64,000 bases of DNA from Planctomycetota bacterium (GTDB lineage Bacteria > Planctomycetota > Phycisphaerae > Phycisphaerales > UBA1924), in NCBI GenBank assembly GCA_039821685.1, contig JBCBNT010000003.1:2603-66602 (forward strand). The letters run 5' to 3'. The notes below the pieces were generated by a model, which was given only the letters and a program-made list of their open reading frames with translations, was not told the origin of the DNA and searched no databases. Below are positions 43,794 through 52,877 of this stretch, one piece after another (position 1 is the first letter of the stretch; each line of letters opens with the position of its first letter). Position numbers and translations under genes: made by a program.

Positions 43794-44130
43794 CGGCCAC
43801 GGAGCGGGGCCTACTATTTGCCGAAGGCCTGCCGCATGCGCGACTTATCGCTGAAGCAGGTCGCATGTATTGGTCTTCACAGAGGGTAACAGCCGGTGGA
43901 AAGCGACGACGACGACACACCGGCCGCAGCTCGCTGAACGGCCCTCGGCTCTCGAATCACGATTCAAGGGCCGACCGTGACGACTCGATACCCTCCGATC
44001 ATTCGAGATTTCCCGCGGGGCCTGATCGCCCGCTCACACTGACACCGTTCGGATCGCGCCCTCGACGAGGGTGGATCGATACCGCCAGAGAACACCGCCG
44101 GTCGGACCGGCAATCCAAGGACCGAAGACG

Positions 44131-46248
44131 ATGGCCACCGACCTTTCGAACGTTCGCAACATCGGAATCGCCGCCCACATCGATGCGGGCAAAACGACCG
44201 TGACCGAGCGGATCCTGTACTACACGGGCAAGAACTACAAGCTCGGCGAGGTCCACGAGGGCACCGCGACCATGGACTTCCTGCAGGAAGAGCAGGAGCG
44301 CGGCATCACGATCCAGTCCGCAGCGACGACGTGCCCGTGGGAAAAGAACGGCGTCGATTACAAGATCAACCTGATCGATACCCCCGGTCACGTGGACTTC
44401 ACGATCGAGGTCGAGCGTTCGCTCCGGGTCCTCGACGGCGCGGTCGCGGTCTTTGACGGCAAGGAGGGCGTCGAGGCCCAGTCGGAAACCGTGTGGCGTC
44501 AGGCCGACCGGTACAACGTGCCGCGTATGTGCTTCATCAACAAGATGGACAAGCTCGGGGCCGACTTCGACTTCAGCTTCGAGACGATCAAGAAGCGGCT
44601 CGGCGCGAACCCGATCGCGGTCCAGATCCCGATCGGCCACGGCAACGAGCTCGAGGGCATCATCGACCTCCTGGGCATGAAGGCGTACTACTTCGACGTT
44701 GAGTCGATGGGCGCGAAGGTCACCGAGAAGGACATCCCCGAAGAGCTGATGGAGCGGGCGCAGAAGTGGCGTCACGAGCTGATCGAGGGTGCCGTCGCTC
44801 TTGACGACGAGCTGATGGAGCGGTATCTCGAGGATGAGGACTCGATCACGGTCGACGACATCAAGGCCGCGCTCCGCAAGGGCACGATCGCGCTCGAGTG
44901 CAACCCGGTCTTCTGCGGCTCCGCGCTGAAGAACGTCGGTGTGCAGCGGCTGATCGACGGCGTCATCGACTTCCTGCCGAGCCCGAACGAGGTGCCCGAG
45001 GTGCAGGGCGAGCACCCGCGGGATCCGGAGGAAAAGCTCAGCCGCCCGCACTCGGACAACGCCGGCTTCTCGGCGCTCGTCTTCAAGGTCGTGAACGACA
45101 CCCACGGCGACCTGACGTACATGCGGATCTACTCCGGCAAGCTGACCAAGGGCAGCCGCGTGCTGAACCCGGGCAACGGCAAGAAAGAGAACATCAGCCG
45201 CATCTTCGAGATGCACGCCAAAGACCGCGAGGCGCTCGAAGAGGTCGGCGCTGGCAACATCGTGGCGGTGGTCGGCATCAAGGACTCGATCACGGGCGAC
45301 ACGCTGTGCGACGCGGACGACCCGATCATCCTCGAGCGGATGGACTTCCCCGCACCGGTGATCAGCATGTCGATCGAGCCGAACTCGGCCGACGACAACC
45401 GCAAGCTGGGCGAGGCGCTCGTGACGATCCGCCGCGAGGACCCCTCGTTCCAGAGCCACTACGACGACGAGACAGGCCAGACCATCATCGCTGGCATGGG
45501 CGAGCTGCACCTTGAAATCATCAAGAACCGGCTCGTCCGCGACATGAAGATCGGCGTCGAGGTCGGCAAGCCCCGAGTGTCCTACCGCGAGGCGATCCAG
45601 GGCGAGGCCCTGAAGGTCGAGGGCAAGTTTAAGAAGCAGTCGGGCGGCCGGGGCCAGTTCGGCCATTGTGTCATCAACCTGAAGCCAATGACGCCCGAAG
45701 AGGCCGAGGCCGAAGGCATCAAGTTCGACGACAACATCGCGTTTAAGAACTCGGTCGTCGGCGGCAAGATCCCCAAGGAGTTCATCCCGTCGGTCGAGAC
45801 CGGCATCCGCGAGACTGCGAAGAGCGGCGTGTCGGCGAGCTACCCGCTGATCAACATCTTCGCTGAGCTGGTCGACGGCTCGTACCACGAGGTTGACTCG
45901 TCGCAGGTCGCCTTCGAGCAGGCGGGCCGGCTCGCACTGCGTGAGGCCGTCACCAAGGCCAAGAGCGTGCTGCTCGAGCCGATCATGAAGGTCGTGATCA
46001 CCACGCCCGAGGAGTACCTCGGCAACATCACGGGCGACTTGTCGAGCCGCCGGGGCATGATCAGCGACACCGAGGACCGCGGGCACATCAAGGCCGTCAC
46101 CGCCGAGGTGCCCCTCTCAGAAATGTTCGGCTACACCACGACGCTCCGCGGTCTCTCGCAGGGTCGCGCGGCGAGCTCGATGGAGTTCCTCGCGTACCGC
46201 CCGATGCCGCCGAGCCTACAGAAGGAAGTGATCGAAGCCGGCAGCTGA
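44131..46248 (+). CDS. fusA: Translation elongation factor G
   Basis: The sequence is MATDLSNVRNIGIAAHIDAGKTTVTERILYYTG...DTPGHVDF...NKMD, with full-length EF-G domains. An AAGGA lies upstream of the ATG at 44131. Confidence 0.95.
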   Translation: MATDLSNVRNIGIAAHIDAGKTTVTERILYYTGKNYKLGEVHEGTATMDFLQEEQERGITIQSAATTCPWEKNGVDYKINLIDTPGHVDFTIEVERSLRVLDGAVAVFDGKEGVEAQSETVWRQADRYNVPRMCFINKMDKLGADFDFSFETIKKRLGANPIAVQIPIGHGNELEGIIDLLGMKAYYFDVESMGAKVTEKDIPEELMERAQKWRHELIEGAVALDDELMERYLEDEDSITVDDIKAALRKGTIALECNPVFCGSALKNVGVQRLIDGVIDFLPSPNEVPEVQGEHPRDPEEKLSRPHSDNAGFSALVFKVVNDTHGDLTYMRIYSGKLTKGSRVLNPGNGKKENISRIFEMHAKDREALEEVGAGNIVAVVGIKDSITGDTLCDADDPIILERMDFPAPVISMSIEPNSADDNRKLGEALVTIRREDPSFQSHYDDETGQTIIAGMGELHLEIIKNRLVRDMKIGVEVGKPRVSYREAIQGEALKVEGKFKKQSGGRGQFGHCVINLKPMTPEEAEAEGIKFDDNIAFKNSVVGGKIPKEFIPSVETGIRETAKSGVSASYPLINIFAELVDGSYHEVDSSQVAFEQAGRLALREAVTKAKSVLLEPIMKVVITTPEEYLGNITGDLSSRRGMISDTEDRGHIKAVTAEVPLSEMFGYTTTLRGLSQGRAASSMEFLAYRPMPPSLQKEVIEAGS

Positions 46249-46272
46249 TCGTTAGTCCTCATTGCACACCGA

Positions 46273-46302
46273 CCGCCCCGCTCCGAGCGGGGCGGTTTTT
46301 TT
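46273..46302 (+). terminator. Rho-independent terminator after fusA
   Basis: The stem ccgccccgc / gcggggcgg (46273-46281 / 46287-46295) has a 5-nt loop and is followed by a T7 run (46296-46302). It lies 25 nt after the fusA stop. Confidence 0.85.
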
Positions 46303-46410
46303 GTCGCGATGTCGGATTCGCTGTATACACACGTTGGCAGAGCCGATGGTCGGGTGTACCGTTGCGACGAAGGGGCGGGACGGTCGGACCCTGCGGCAGG
46401 AGACAGCGTT

Positions 46411-47082
46411 ATGCCCGATTACGAGCCTCACGAGAAATACCAGTGCGTCCTGCTCTTCGGAGCACCGGGCGCGGGCAAGGGCACGCAGGGCGCGATCGTC
46501 GGACGCATCCCGGGCTTCTTTCATCTCTCCTGCGGCGAGGTGTTCCGGTCGCTTGATATCCACTCAGAGCTCGGCCAGACCTTCTACGAGCACTCGTCGA
46601 AGGGCGAGCTCGTGCCCGACGATGTGACCGTGGCGATGTGGGTACGGAACGTGGCGGCGCAGACAACGCTGAGCCTGTTCAAGCCGCACGACGACCTGCT
46701 AATCCTCGACGGCATCCCCCGCAACGTCGATCAGGCGAAGCTGATGGACGAGCACATCAACGTGCTCGGCGTCATACACCTCGTCTGCCCCGACAAGGAA
46801 GCGATGATCAAACGCCTCCGCCGGCGGGCGCTCAAAGAGAACCGCATCGACGATGCGAAGGAAGACGTCATCCGTAACCGCTGGCGGGTGTACGAGCAGG
46901 AGACCGCGCCGGTGCTCGAGCACTACGACGACTCGATCATCTACGAGGTCGATGCGGTGGGCAGCCCGGCGGACGTCCTGCAGCACGTCCTGGAAGTGAT
47001 CGTGCCGATCCAGGACGCGCACTTCAACAACCCGATCAGCGGCGAGCCGACGGGCGGCGAGCCCGCGGGCGCCGAGGCCTGA
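46411..47082 (+). CDS. adk: Adenylate kinase (short-LID type)
   Basis: It has the P-loop LLFGAPGAGKGTQG, then HLSCGEVFR, LILDGIPRN, and a short LID RRRALKENRIDDAKEDVIRNR without the Zn/Cys insert. An AGGAGA sits upstream of the ATG at 46411. Confidence 0.88.
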   Translation: MPDYEPHEKYQCVLLFGAPGAGKGTQGAIVGRIPGFFHLSCGEVFRSLDIHSELGQTFYEHSSKGELVPDDVTVAMWVRNVAAQTTLSLFKPHDDLLILDGIPRNVDQAKLMDEHINVLGVIHLVCPDKEAMIKRLRRRALKENRIDDAKEDVIRNRWRVYEQETAPVLEHYDDSIIYEVDAVGSPADVLQHVLEVIVPIQDAHFNNPISGEPTGGEPAGAEA

Positions 47083-47143
47083 TCGACACGCTGTCAGCCA
47101 GCTTTCGGGCAACCCGCAGGTTTGGCGCGGGTAGGCTTGTGGC

Positions 47144-47956
47144 ATGCGCCGATACACGCCAGGGTTTACTCTCATCGAGCTTCTCGTCGTCATCGCGATC
47201 ATCGCGCTGCTCATCGGCCTGCTGCTGCCGGCCCTCAGGACGGCGCGGCTCTCGGCTCGCGTGGTCTCGTGCGGCGGCCGGCTTCAGCAGATCGGCGTCG
47301 CGACGAGCCAGTACCTGATCGATGAACGCGACGCGTTGCCGCAGGTGCTTGTCGATACCGGGGGGCCGGCACCGACTCCCATCGGGTCGCTCTTCGCGGG
47401 GAAGAAGGGCAGGCTACCGTTCTTCGGCATCGCCGAGTACGGCGCAGAGCGTCGGCCGCTGAATGCCTACGCCGGTGTCGACGACCCGATCCCCGACGAC
47501 GCGCCGCAGGTGCAGGAGGTGCCCGCGTTCGAATCGCCGCTCGACCGCGGCGCAGGACGGACGGGGGTACCGATCCCAGAGTTTGCCTCGACGACCTCGA
47601 TGTACGACCTGATCGGGGCGAGCTACACGCTCAACGATCATGCGCCGGACACGGATCCGGCGCGCGACGCGGTACCGACACTCGTGCCTCCGACCGGCGG
47701 GCGGATGCCGCTCATCGCGGACCCGACGAAGACGCTGCTCGTGGGCACACACACGCTGTACAACTACGACGACGGGGGCGATCGGGAGAGCCGGTGGTTC
47801 ACAGGGCGGGGCCCCGGGGCCGAGATCAGCGCGAATGCGCTCTTCGCCGACTTTCATATCGAGCTTCGTCTGGACGTGCCAGACCAGCAGCAGGCGACGA
47901 CGGACGACTACACGTTCCTGCCGACTCCCGACTGGGTCGAGCGGCTCCGCGGCTGA
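47144..47956 (+). CDS. Prepilin-type N-terminal cleavage/methylation domain protein (DUF1559-like paralogue)
   Basis: The N-terminus is [35 protein letters not shown], and the C-terminus has ..NALFADFH... Confidence 0.85.
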   Translation: MRRYTPGFTLIELLVVIAIIALLIGLLLPALRTARLSARVVSCGGRLQQIGVATSQYLIDERDALPQVLVDTGGPAPTPIGSLFAGKKGRLPFFGIAEYGAERRPLNAYAGVDDPIPDDAPQVQEVPAFESPLDRGAGRTGVPIPEFASTTSMYDLIGASYTLNDHAPDTDPARDAVPTLVPPTGGRMPLIADPTKTLLVGTHTLYNYDDGGDRESRWFTGRGPGAEISANALFADFHIELRLDVPDQQQATTDDYTFLPTPDWVERLRG

Positions 47957-47977
47957 GTCGCCGATGCGGCTCGATTC

Positions 47978-49462
47978 TCAGTTGCCCTCATCCCGGCCGT
48001 CGCCGGATGAACGCCGGATGCTGGGCGTTGTCACGCTGAACGCGAGCGCCTGGCGGAGCAGGTCGGGCGTCCGCGGCTCGATGTTCCAGCCCCAGAGCGA
48101 CGGCAAGGGGATGAGCCGGCGGGGGGCACTTTCAGTCAGAGCGTCGTCGCTGATGCCTCGGCCGTAGGACACCGCGGGCAGCTCGTGCGGGTGGAGGTGG
48201 TAGGCGAGCGGGACGAGCTCGTTGAAGTAGTCGTCGCCGCCGAAGCCGGGCCAGGGCTGATCGAGGGGACGCCGGCCGACGTTGCCGGCGCGCATCGCGA
48301 GGATGTCGACCGGCACCCAGGTGAGCGCCTCGTCAAGCGAGGGTGCGGATTCGTCGTAAAGGGCAAACTCGACCCACGCGTACAGCCCGAGGGGCGGCTC
48401 GTCGGACCGTCGCACGGGGTCGGGCAGCCCGCCTTCCTCGCCCGCGACAAAGCCGATGACGAGCCTCGCCGGCAGGCCCGCTTCCCGGTAGAGCGCCACA
48501 AGAGCGAGCGGCAGGTCGACGGGGGCTCCCTGCATGGTCGCGACCGCTCGGGGAGCGCCGATGGTCCGGAAGCCCTGCATCGCACCGAGCGAGCGACCGA
48601 CCCGCACAGCGTTGCCTGCGATGCTGTCGGGCTGGACGAGCCCGCCGATGGGCTGGAACTCGCGCGCGAGCTTCCCGGCGAGCCACTTTGCCAGCACGAC
48701 CGGCGGCTGGGACTGGGCGCGATCGCCGATCCAGGCATCGATGGCTGCCTCAACCGGTGCCCGGTCGTAAGGCCCCAGGAAGCCGCGATCAATAAAGAGC
48801 ATCGGTTCGAGCGACCGCCTCGCCGGCTCCGGCCATTCACCGGTCGGCCAACCGATCGTTCGGGCAGCGCGTTCATCGAGCCGGGTGTTCCACGCGCGAG
48901 CGTCGAACTCGATCTCGAACAGCCCGCCCGGAGAGAACGTGTCGGCCGGGCCGAAGCTCCAGATGCCGTAGGCGGCGCCCGAGTGCCTGCCCTCGCCTGA
49001 GGCGTCGGTCCTGGAGAGCCCGCCGACGAGCGGGACAGAGCGGCCATTAAACCTGGCGCTCGCGCTGACCGACTCACGATCGACCTCGTACGACGCGGCG
49101 CTGCCCGCGAAGGGGAAGTAGAACGTGCCGCGGCTCACTGGCACCTCCTCGACCTGGCCGATCGAGCGAAGCAGGAAGTCGCGGGCGGGGTCGTCGGTTG
49201 CGCGCGGAGCGATGCCTGCCTGGGCCAGGAACGGATCCCCGATGGAATCGATCTGCCGGCTCAGGCTGATCGTCGCTCTGAGCCGCCAGTCTTGCGGCTC
49301 CGAGCGGGTCACGATCGGCGAGATGCGATCGGGCTGAGCATCTGATGAGACCGCGGGAAGCGTGCACGCGGCGGCGACAACCGCGGCCGAGGCCGAGCGT
49401 CGCAGCGTCGTGGCCCTGCCGTGTATCGATCCGGAAAGGTGTGCCGACCCGAGCTTCTTCAT
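47978..49462 (-). CDS. Exported transglutaminase-like domain protein with apparently degenerate catalytic residues
   Basis: The start MKKLGS (cat 49460-49462) has a GGAGA upstream. The leader TLRRSASAAVVAAACTLPAV is signal- or Tat-like. The segment GAPVDLPLALVALYREAGLPARLVIGF ... LYAWVEFALYD ... WVPVD parallels the transglutaminase core G.C..FA..ALRA.GIPAR.V.GY ... HAW.E ... D. The rest of the 820-aa ORF is antisense to fumC. Confidence 0.6.
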   Translation of the reverse strand: MKKLGSAHLSGSIHGRATTLRRSASAAVVAAACTLPAVSSDAQPDRISPIVTRSEPQDWRLRATISLSRQIDSIGDPFLAQAGIAPRATDDPARDFLLRSIGQVEEVPVSRGTFYFPFAGSAASYEVDRESVSASARFNGRSVPLVGGLSRTDASGEGRHSGAAYGIWSFGPADTFSPGGLFEIEFDARAWNTRLDERAARTIGWPTGEWPEPARRSLEPMLFIDRGFLGPYDRAPVEAAIDAWIGDRAQSQPPVVLAKWLAGKLAREFQPIGGLVQPDSIAGNAVRVGRSLGAMQGFRTIGAPRAVATMQGAPVDLPLALVALYREAGLPARLVIGFVAGEEGGLPDPVRRSDEPPLGLYAWVEFALYDESAPSLDEALTWVPVDILAMRAGNVGRRPLDQPWPGFGGDDYFNELVPLAYHLHPHELPAVSYGRGISDDALTESAPRRLIPLPSLWGWNIEPRTPDLLRQALAFSVTTPSIRRSSGDGRDEGN

Positions 49463-49534
49463 AGTGACTTTCTCCGCCGAGGACGATACGTTGCCATCGC
49501 CCCGGGCGTTGCCGGGTTTCGAAGGAGATGAGCC

Positions 49535-51004
49535 ATGACGTCGGACGGCCGGACACGCATCGAGAAGGATTCCATGGGCGAGATGCCGGTCCCGGCGGAC
49601 GCGCTCTACGGGGCGAGCACCCAGCGGGCGGTCCTGAACTTTCCGATCTCGGGCCGGGCCGTGCCCCATGCGGTCATCAGGGCGTACGCGGTGCTCAAAT
49701 CCGCCTGCGCGTCGGTGAATCGGGACCTGGGCCTGCTCGATGACCGGCGGGCTGCCGACATCGCGAACGCCTGCTCGCAGATCGAGGCGGGCCTCCCCGA
49801 CTTCGGCGGGCTCGCCCCCCACTTCCCGGTCGATATCTTCCAGACCGGCTCCGGCACCAGCACCAACATGAACACCAACGAGGTCGTCGCCAACCTCGCG
49901 TGCCTCGCCCACGGCGAGCCGATCGGCAGGAGCAAAGACCCCGCGTGGTACAAGGACGCGAGCGACAGCGGCGCCGGCGGTGTGCACCCGAACGATCACG
50001 TCAACATGGGGCAGTCGTCGAACGACACCTTTCCGACGGCGATGCATATCTCGGCGGCGAGAGCGATCGCCGACAGGCTGAGGCCTGCTGTTGCATCGCT
50101 TGCGGGGTCGCTCGAAGCGAAAGCTGCCGCGTGGGACGACGTGGTCAAGATCGGACGGACGCACCTGCAGGACGCGACGCCGATCCGGCTTGGGCAGGAG
50201 TTCGGCGGGTTCGCGGCGCAGCTCCGTCAGGCCGATGCCCGGCTCGCACGGGCGCTGGACACCCTGTCGGAGCTGCCGCTGGGTGGCACGGCCGTGGGCA
50301 CGGGAATCAACACGCATCCGGAGTTTGGCCGGCGCGTCGCCGCGGCCGTGGCCGAGACAACGGGCCTGCCCTTCCGCGAAGCGGACAACCACTTCGAGGC
50401 CCAGCACGCCAAAGACGCGTTCGTCGAGGCATCCGGGCATCTGCGCACGCTCGCGGTCAGTCTGAGCAAGATTGCCAACGACATCCGCTGGCTCGGCTCG
50501 GGGCCCCGCTGCGGCATCGGCGAGCTGAAGCTGCCGGCCGTGCAGCCGGGTTCATCGATCATGCCCGGCAAGGTGAACCCGGTGATCTGCGAAGCGGTCA
50601 TCATGGTCGCATGCCAGGTCGCCGGGAACGACCAGGCGGTGACGCTCGGCGCGTTCGGAGGCGTGGGCTCGATTCTCGACTTGAATGTCGCGATGCCGAT
50701 GATGGCAGCCAACCTGCTCGACTCGGCCGACCTGCTCTCCGGCGCCTGCGACACGTTCCGAACCAAGCTCGTCGAAGGTCTCGAACCGGACCGGGAGCGG
50801 TGCGAGGCGCTGATCGAGGGCTCGCTCGCGATGTGCACCTCGCTCGTTCCGGTCATCGGCTACGACGCCTCGGCGAAGCTCGCTTATGAGGCCTACGAGT
50901 CCGGTAAAACGATCCGGGCCCTCGCTCTTGAGCAGGGTTTGCTCTCAGCCGACGACCTCGAGCGCCTGCTCGACCCGATCTCGATGACGCGACCGATGGC
51001 GTAA
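49535..51004 (+). CDS. fumC: Class II fumarate hydratase
   Basis: Motifs: RIEKDSMGEMPVPADALYGASTQRA, TGSGTSTNMN and the signature GSSIMPGKVNP. Confidence 0.9.
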   Translation: MTSDGRTRIEKDSMGEMPVPADALYGASTQRAVLNFPISGRAVPHAVIRAYAVLKSACASVNRDLGLLDDRRAADIANACSQIEAGLPDFGGLAPHFPVDIFQTGSGTSTNMNTNEVVANLACLAHGEPIGRSKDPAWYKDASDSGAGGVHPNDHVNMGQSSNDTFPTAMHISAARAIADRLRPAVASLAGSLEAKAAAWDDVVKIGRTHLQDATPIRLGQEFGGFAAQLRQADARLARALDTLSELPLGGTAVGTGINTHPEFGRRVAAAVAETTGLPFREADNHFEAQHAKDAFVEASGHLRTLAVSLSKIANDIRWLGSGPRCGIGELKLPAVQPGSSIMPGKVNPVICEAVIMVACQVAGNDQAVTLGAFGGVGSILDLNVAMPMMAANLLDSADLLSGACDTFRTKLVEGLEPDRERCEALIEGSLAMCTSLVPVIGYDASAKLAYEAYESGKTIRALALEQGLLSADDLERLLDPISMTRPMA

Positions 51005-51075
51005 CTGCCGGGAAGGCCGTCAGTTGCGAACAATCGACCGCAGATCGGCGTTAGACTGAGCACGGAGGTCAGCGG

Positions 51076-51726
51076 ATGACACGAGCGAACACGCATCGAT
51101 GGATCCTCGGAGCGGTCTTCGCGGCATTCGCCGGCATCGGCGGTGCGCAGCAGGTCGAATACGTCACGAGGAACGTTCAGCCGGCGCACGCGGTGCGTTT
51201 CAACGCGAGCCCGATCCGGATCACGCTCACGGATCGCGGATTCCGAGCGCCGCTGCGGGAGGCCTCGCTTCGATCCGGGGAGGGCCGATCGCGGTCGAAG
51301 CATGGACTGCCGCGACGGAGCATTTTCGGGCCGATCGTGCTCGGAGGGATCGGTTTCCATCGAGGCACGAGCCTTCATGCGGTAGACGCGACGCCCGCCC
51401 CAACTCAGCCTCGGACGATCTACGGGCGTGACCTGCCGCACAACCGGCCGATCGAGCGGCCCGAGGCAGATGTCCGCGAGAGGGATGCCGAGACTGACAG
51501 CGAATCCACCTCGGCGGCTGCGGAGCGGCGGCGGTCCGCCTCGATCGTTCTCGCCCGTTCTGGGGATGGGGAGCGGGCCGCTTCGACCGAGACGATGCGT
51601 ACCGGCGGGGCGGACGAGGTCCGCGCTGCCAGGCGGGCCTACCTGCTGAGGGTTCGAGCGATGATTGAGGCACAGAACCGCGAAAGCACAACGAAGCCGG
51701 CCGTGGCAACGGCCGATGACCGCTAA
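51076..51726 (+). CDS. Hypothetical secreted protein (216 aa)
   Basis: A GGAGG sits 7 nt upstream of the ATG. It has the signal peptide WILGAVFAAFAGIGGAQQ and high third-position GC in this frame. No homology was recognised. A competing minus-strand ORF (50893..51729) was judged a shadow. Confidence 0.5.
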   Translation: MTRANTHRWILGAVFAAFAGIGGAQQVEYVTRNVQPAHAVRFNASPIRITLTDRGFRAPLREASLRSGEGRSRSKHGLPRRSIFGPIVLGGIGFHRGTSLHAVDATPAPTQPRTIYGRDLPHNRPIERPEADVRERDAETDSESTSAAAERRRSASIVLARSGDGERAASTETMRTGGADEVRAARRAYLLRVRAMIEAQNRESTTKPAVATADDR

Positions 51727-51764
51727 CATCTGGAGGCGGTGCCGGGCGGTGCCACTGGTGCACC

Positions 51765-52877
51765 GTGCTCGCTGCCGATCTGGGGGAGCGGTCCGTGACA
51801 GAAGCGTTGGCGAGCAGGATCAGGCGTGAGACGCCGTTGCAGGCGGGCGCGGGCGCCGTGATCCCCGCGTCGGCGTTGACCGACGCGATCGATCTGAGCC
51901 TTGTCATCCCGCTCCGCAACGAAGAAGACAACATCGTGCCGCTCTACGAGGAGATCCGGGAGGTGCTCGATGGCACGTCATGGAGCTGGGAGTGCATCCT
52001 GGTTGATGACGGCAGCACGGACCGGACCGTCGAGCGGGCGATCGAGGCATTCTCGGGCGACTCGAGGCTCATGCTCGTCACGCTTCGGAGGAACGCCGGG
52101 CAGACCGCCGGGCTCGCTGCGGGTTTCGAGCGGGCCCGAGGCCGGCTCATCGCCACGATGGACGGCGACCTGCAGAACGACCCGCACGACATCCCGGCGA
52201 TGGTCGCCAAGCTCGATGAAGGCTACGACCTGGTGAGCGGCTGGCGGAAGAACAGGCAGGACAAGCTGCTCTCGCGCAAGCTGCCTTCCCGGATCGCGAA
52301 CCGGATCATCGCGAAGTACACGTGGACGCCGATCCAGGACTTCGGCTGCGCGATGAAGGTGTACCGTCGGGAAGCGCTTGAAGAGGTTTCTCTGTACGGC
52401 GAGATGCACCGCTTCCTGCCCGCGTTGTGCGTCTGGAAGGGCGCGAAGATCGCGGAGATGGCCGTGAATCACCGCGCGCGGATCCACGGCAGCAGCAACT
52501 ACGGCCTAGTGCGCACGATCAAGGTGCTGCTCGACCTTGTCACGGTCAAGTTCCTGAACGACTACCTCGGCAAGCCGCTGTACTTCTTCGCCAAGGTCGC
52601 CTTCGGCACGATGGTGCTGGCTGCCGCGTTGCTGGTGACCGCGGCGTTGCAGAGGTTCGGCATCCTGTGGGTGGGTGACTTTCCTCCGACGCTCACGGGT
52701 AACCCGCTGATGCACCTGGGACTGATCTTGATCGGCATCACGGTACAGATCGTGCTTTTCGGTGTGATCAGCGAACTGCTGGTTCGGATCTACCACGAGA
52801 GCCAGGGCAAGCGGCCTTTCCGGGTGCGCGAGATCATCCGGATGGGGGACCGCGAGGATGCCGGGCCCAACGGCTGA
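51765..52877 (+). CDS. GT2 polyprenyl-phosphate glycosyltransferase (ArnC/GtrB/DPM1-like) with C-terminal TM helices
   Basis: Motifs: LSLVIPLRNEEDNIVPLYEEI, ECILVDDGSTDRT, IATMDGDLQNDP and GCAMKVYRRE. It has two C-terminal TM segments. The start is uncertain (the ORF begins with GTG). Confidence 0.88.
   Translation: MLAADLGERSVTEALASRIRRETPLQAGAGAVIPASALTDAIDLSLVIPLRNEEDNIVPLYEEIREVLDGTSWSWECILVDDGSTDRTVERAIEAFSGDSRLMLVTLRRNAGQTAGLAAGFERARGRLIATMDGDLQNDPHDIPAMVAKLDEGYDLVSGWRKNRQDKLLSRKLPSRIANRIIAKYTWTPIQDFGCAMKVYRREALEEVSLYGEMHRFLPALCVWKGAKIAEMAVNHRARIHGSSNYGLVRTIKVLLDLVTVKFLNDYLGKPLYFFAKVAFGTMVLAAALLVTAALQRFGILWVGDFPPTLTGNPLMHLGLILIGITVQIVLFGVISELLVRIYHESQGKRPFRVREIIRMGDREDAGPNG

Noticed and set aside
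43999-46086. 695-aa minus-strand ORF covering fusA
   Set aside because: It is antisense to EF-G, one of the most conserved proteins, and has no recognisable motif.
49463-50440. N-terminal 326 codons of the 820-aa minus-strand ORF 47978..50440
   Set aside because: This part is antisense to fumC. The downstream Met at 49462 has a Shine-Dalgarno-like GGAGA and begins a signal peptide, so the real gene is taken as 47978..49462.
50893-51729. 278-aa minus-strand ORF competing with the 216-aa plus-strand hypothetical gene
   Set aside because: The plus-strand frame has a GGAGG at ideal spacing, a signal peptide and strong third-position GC bias. The minus-strand frame lacks these. Neither has recognised homology, so the plus-strand call itself is only moderate confidence.
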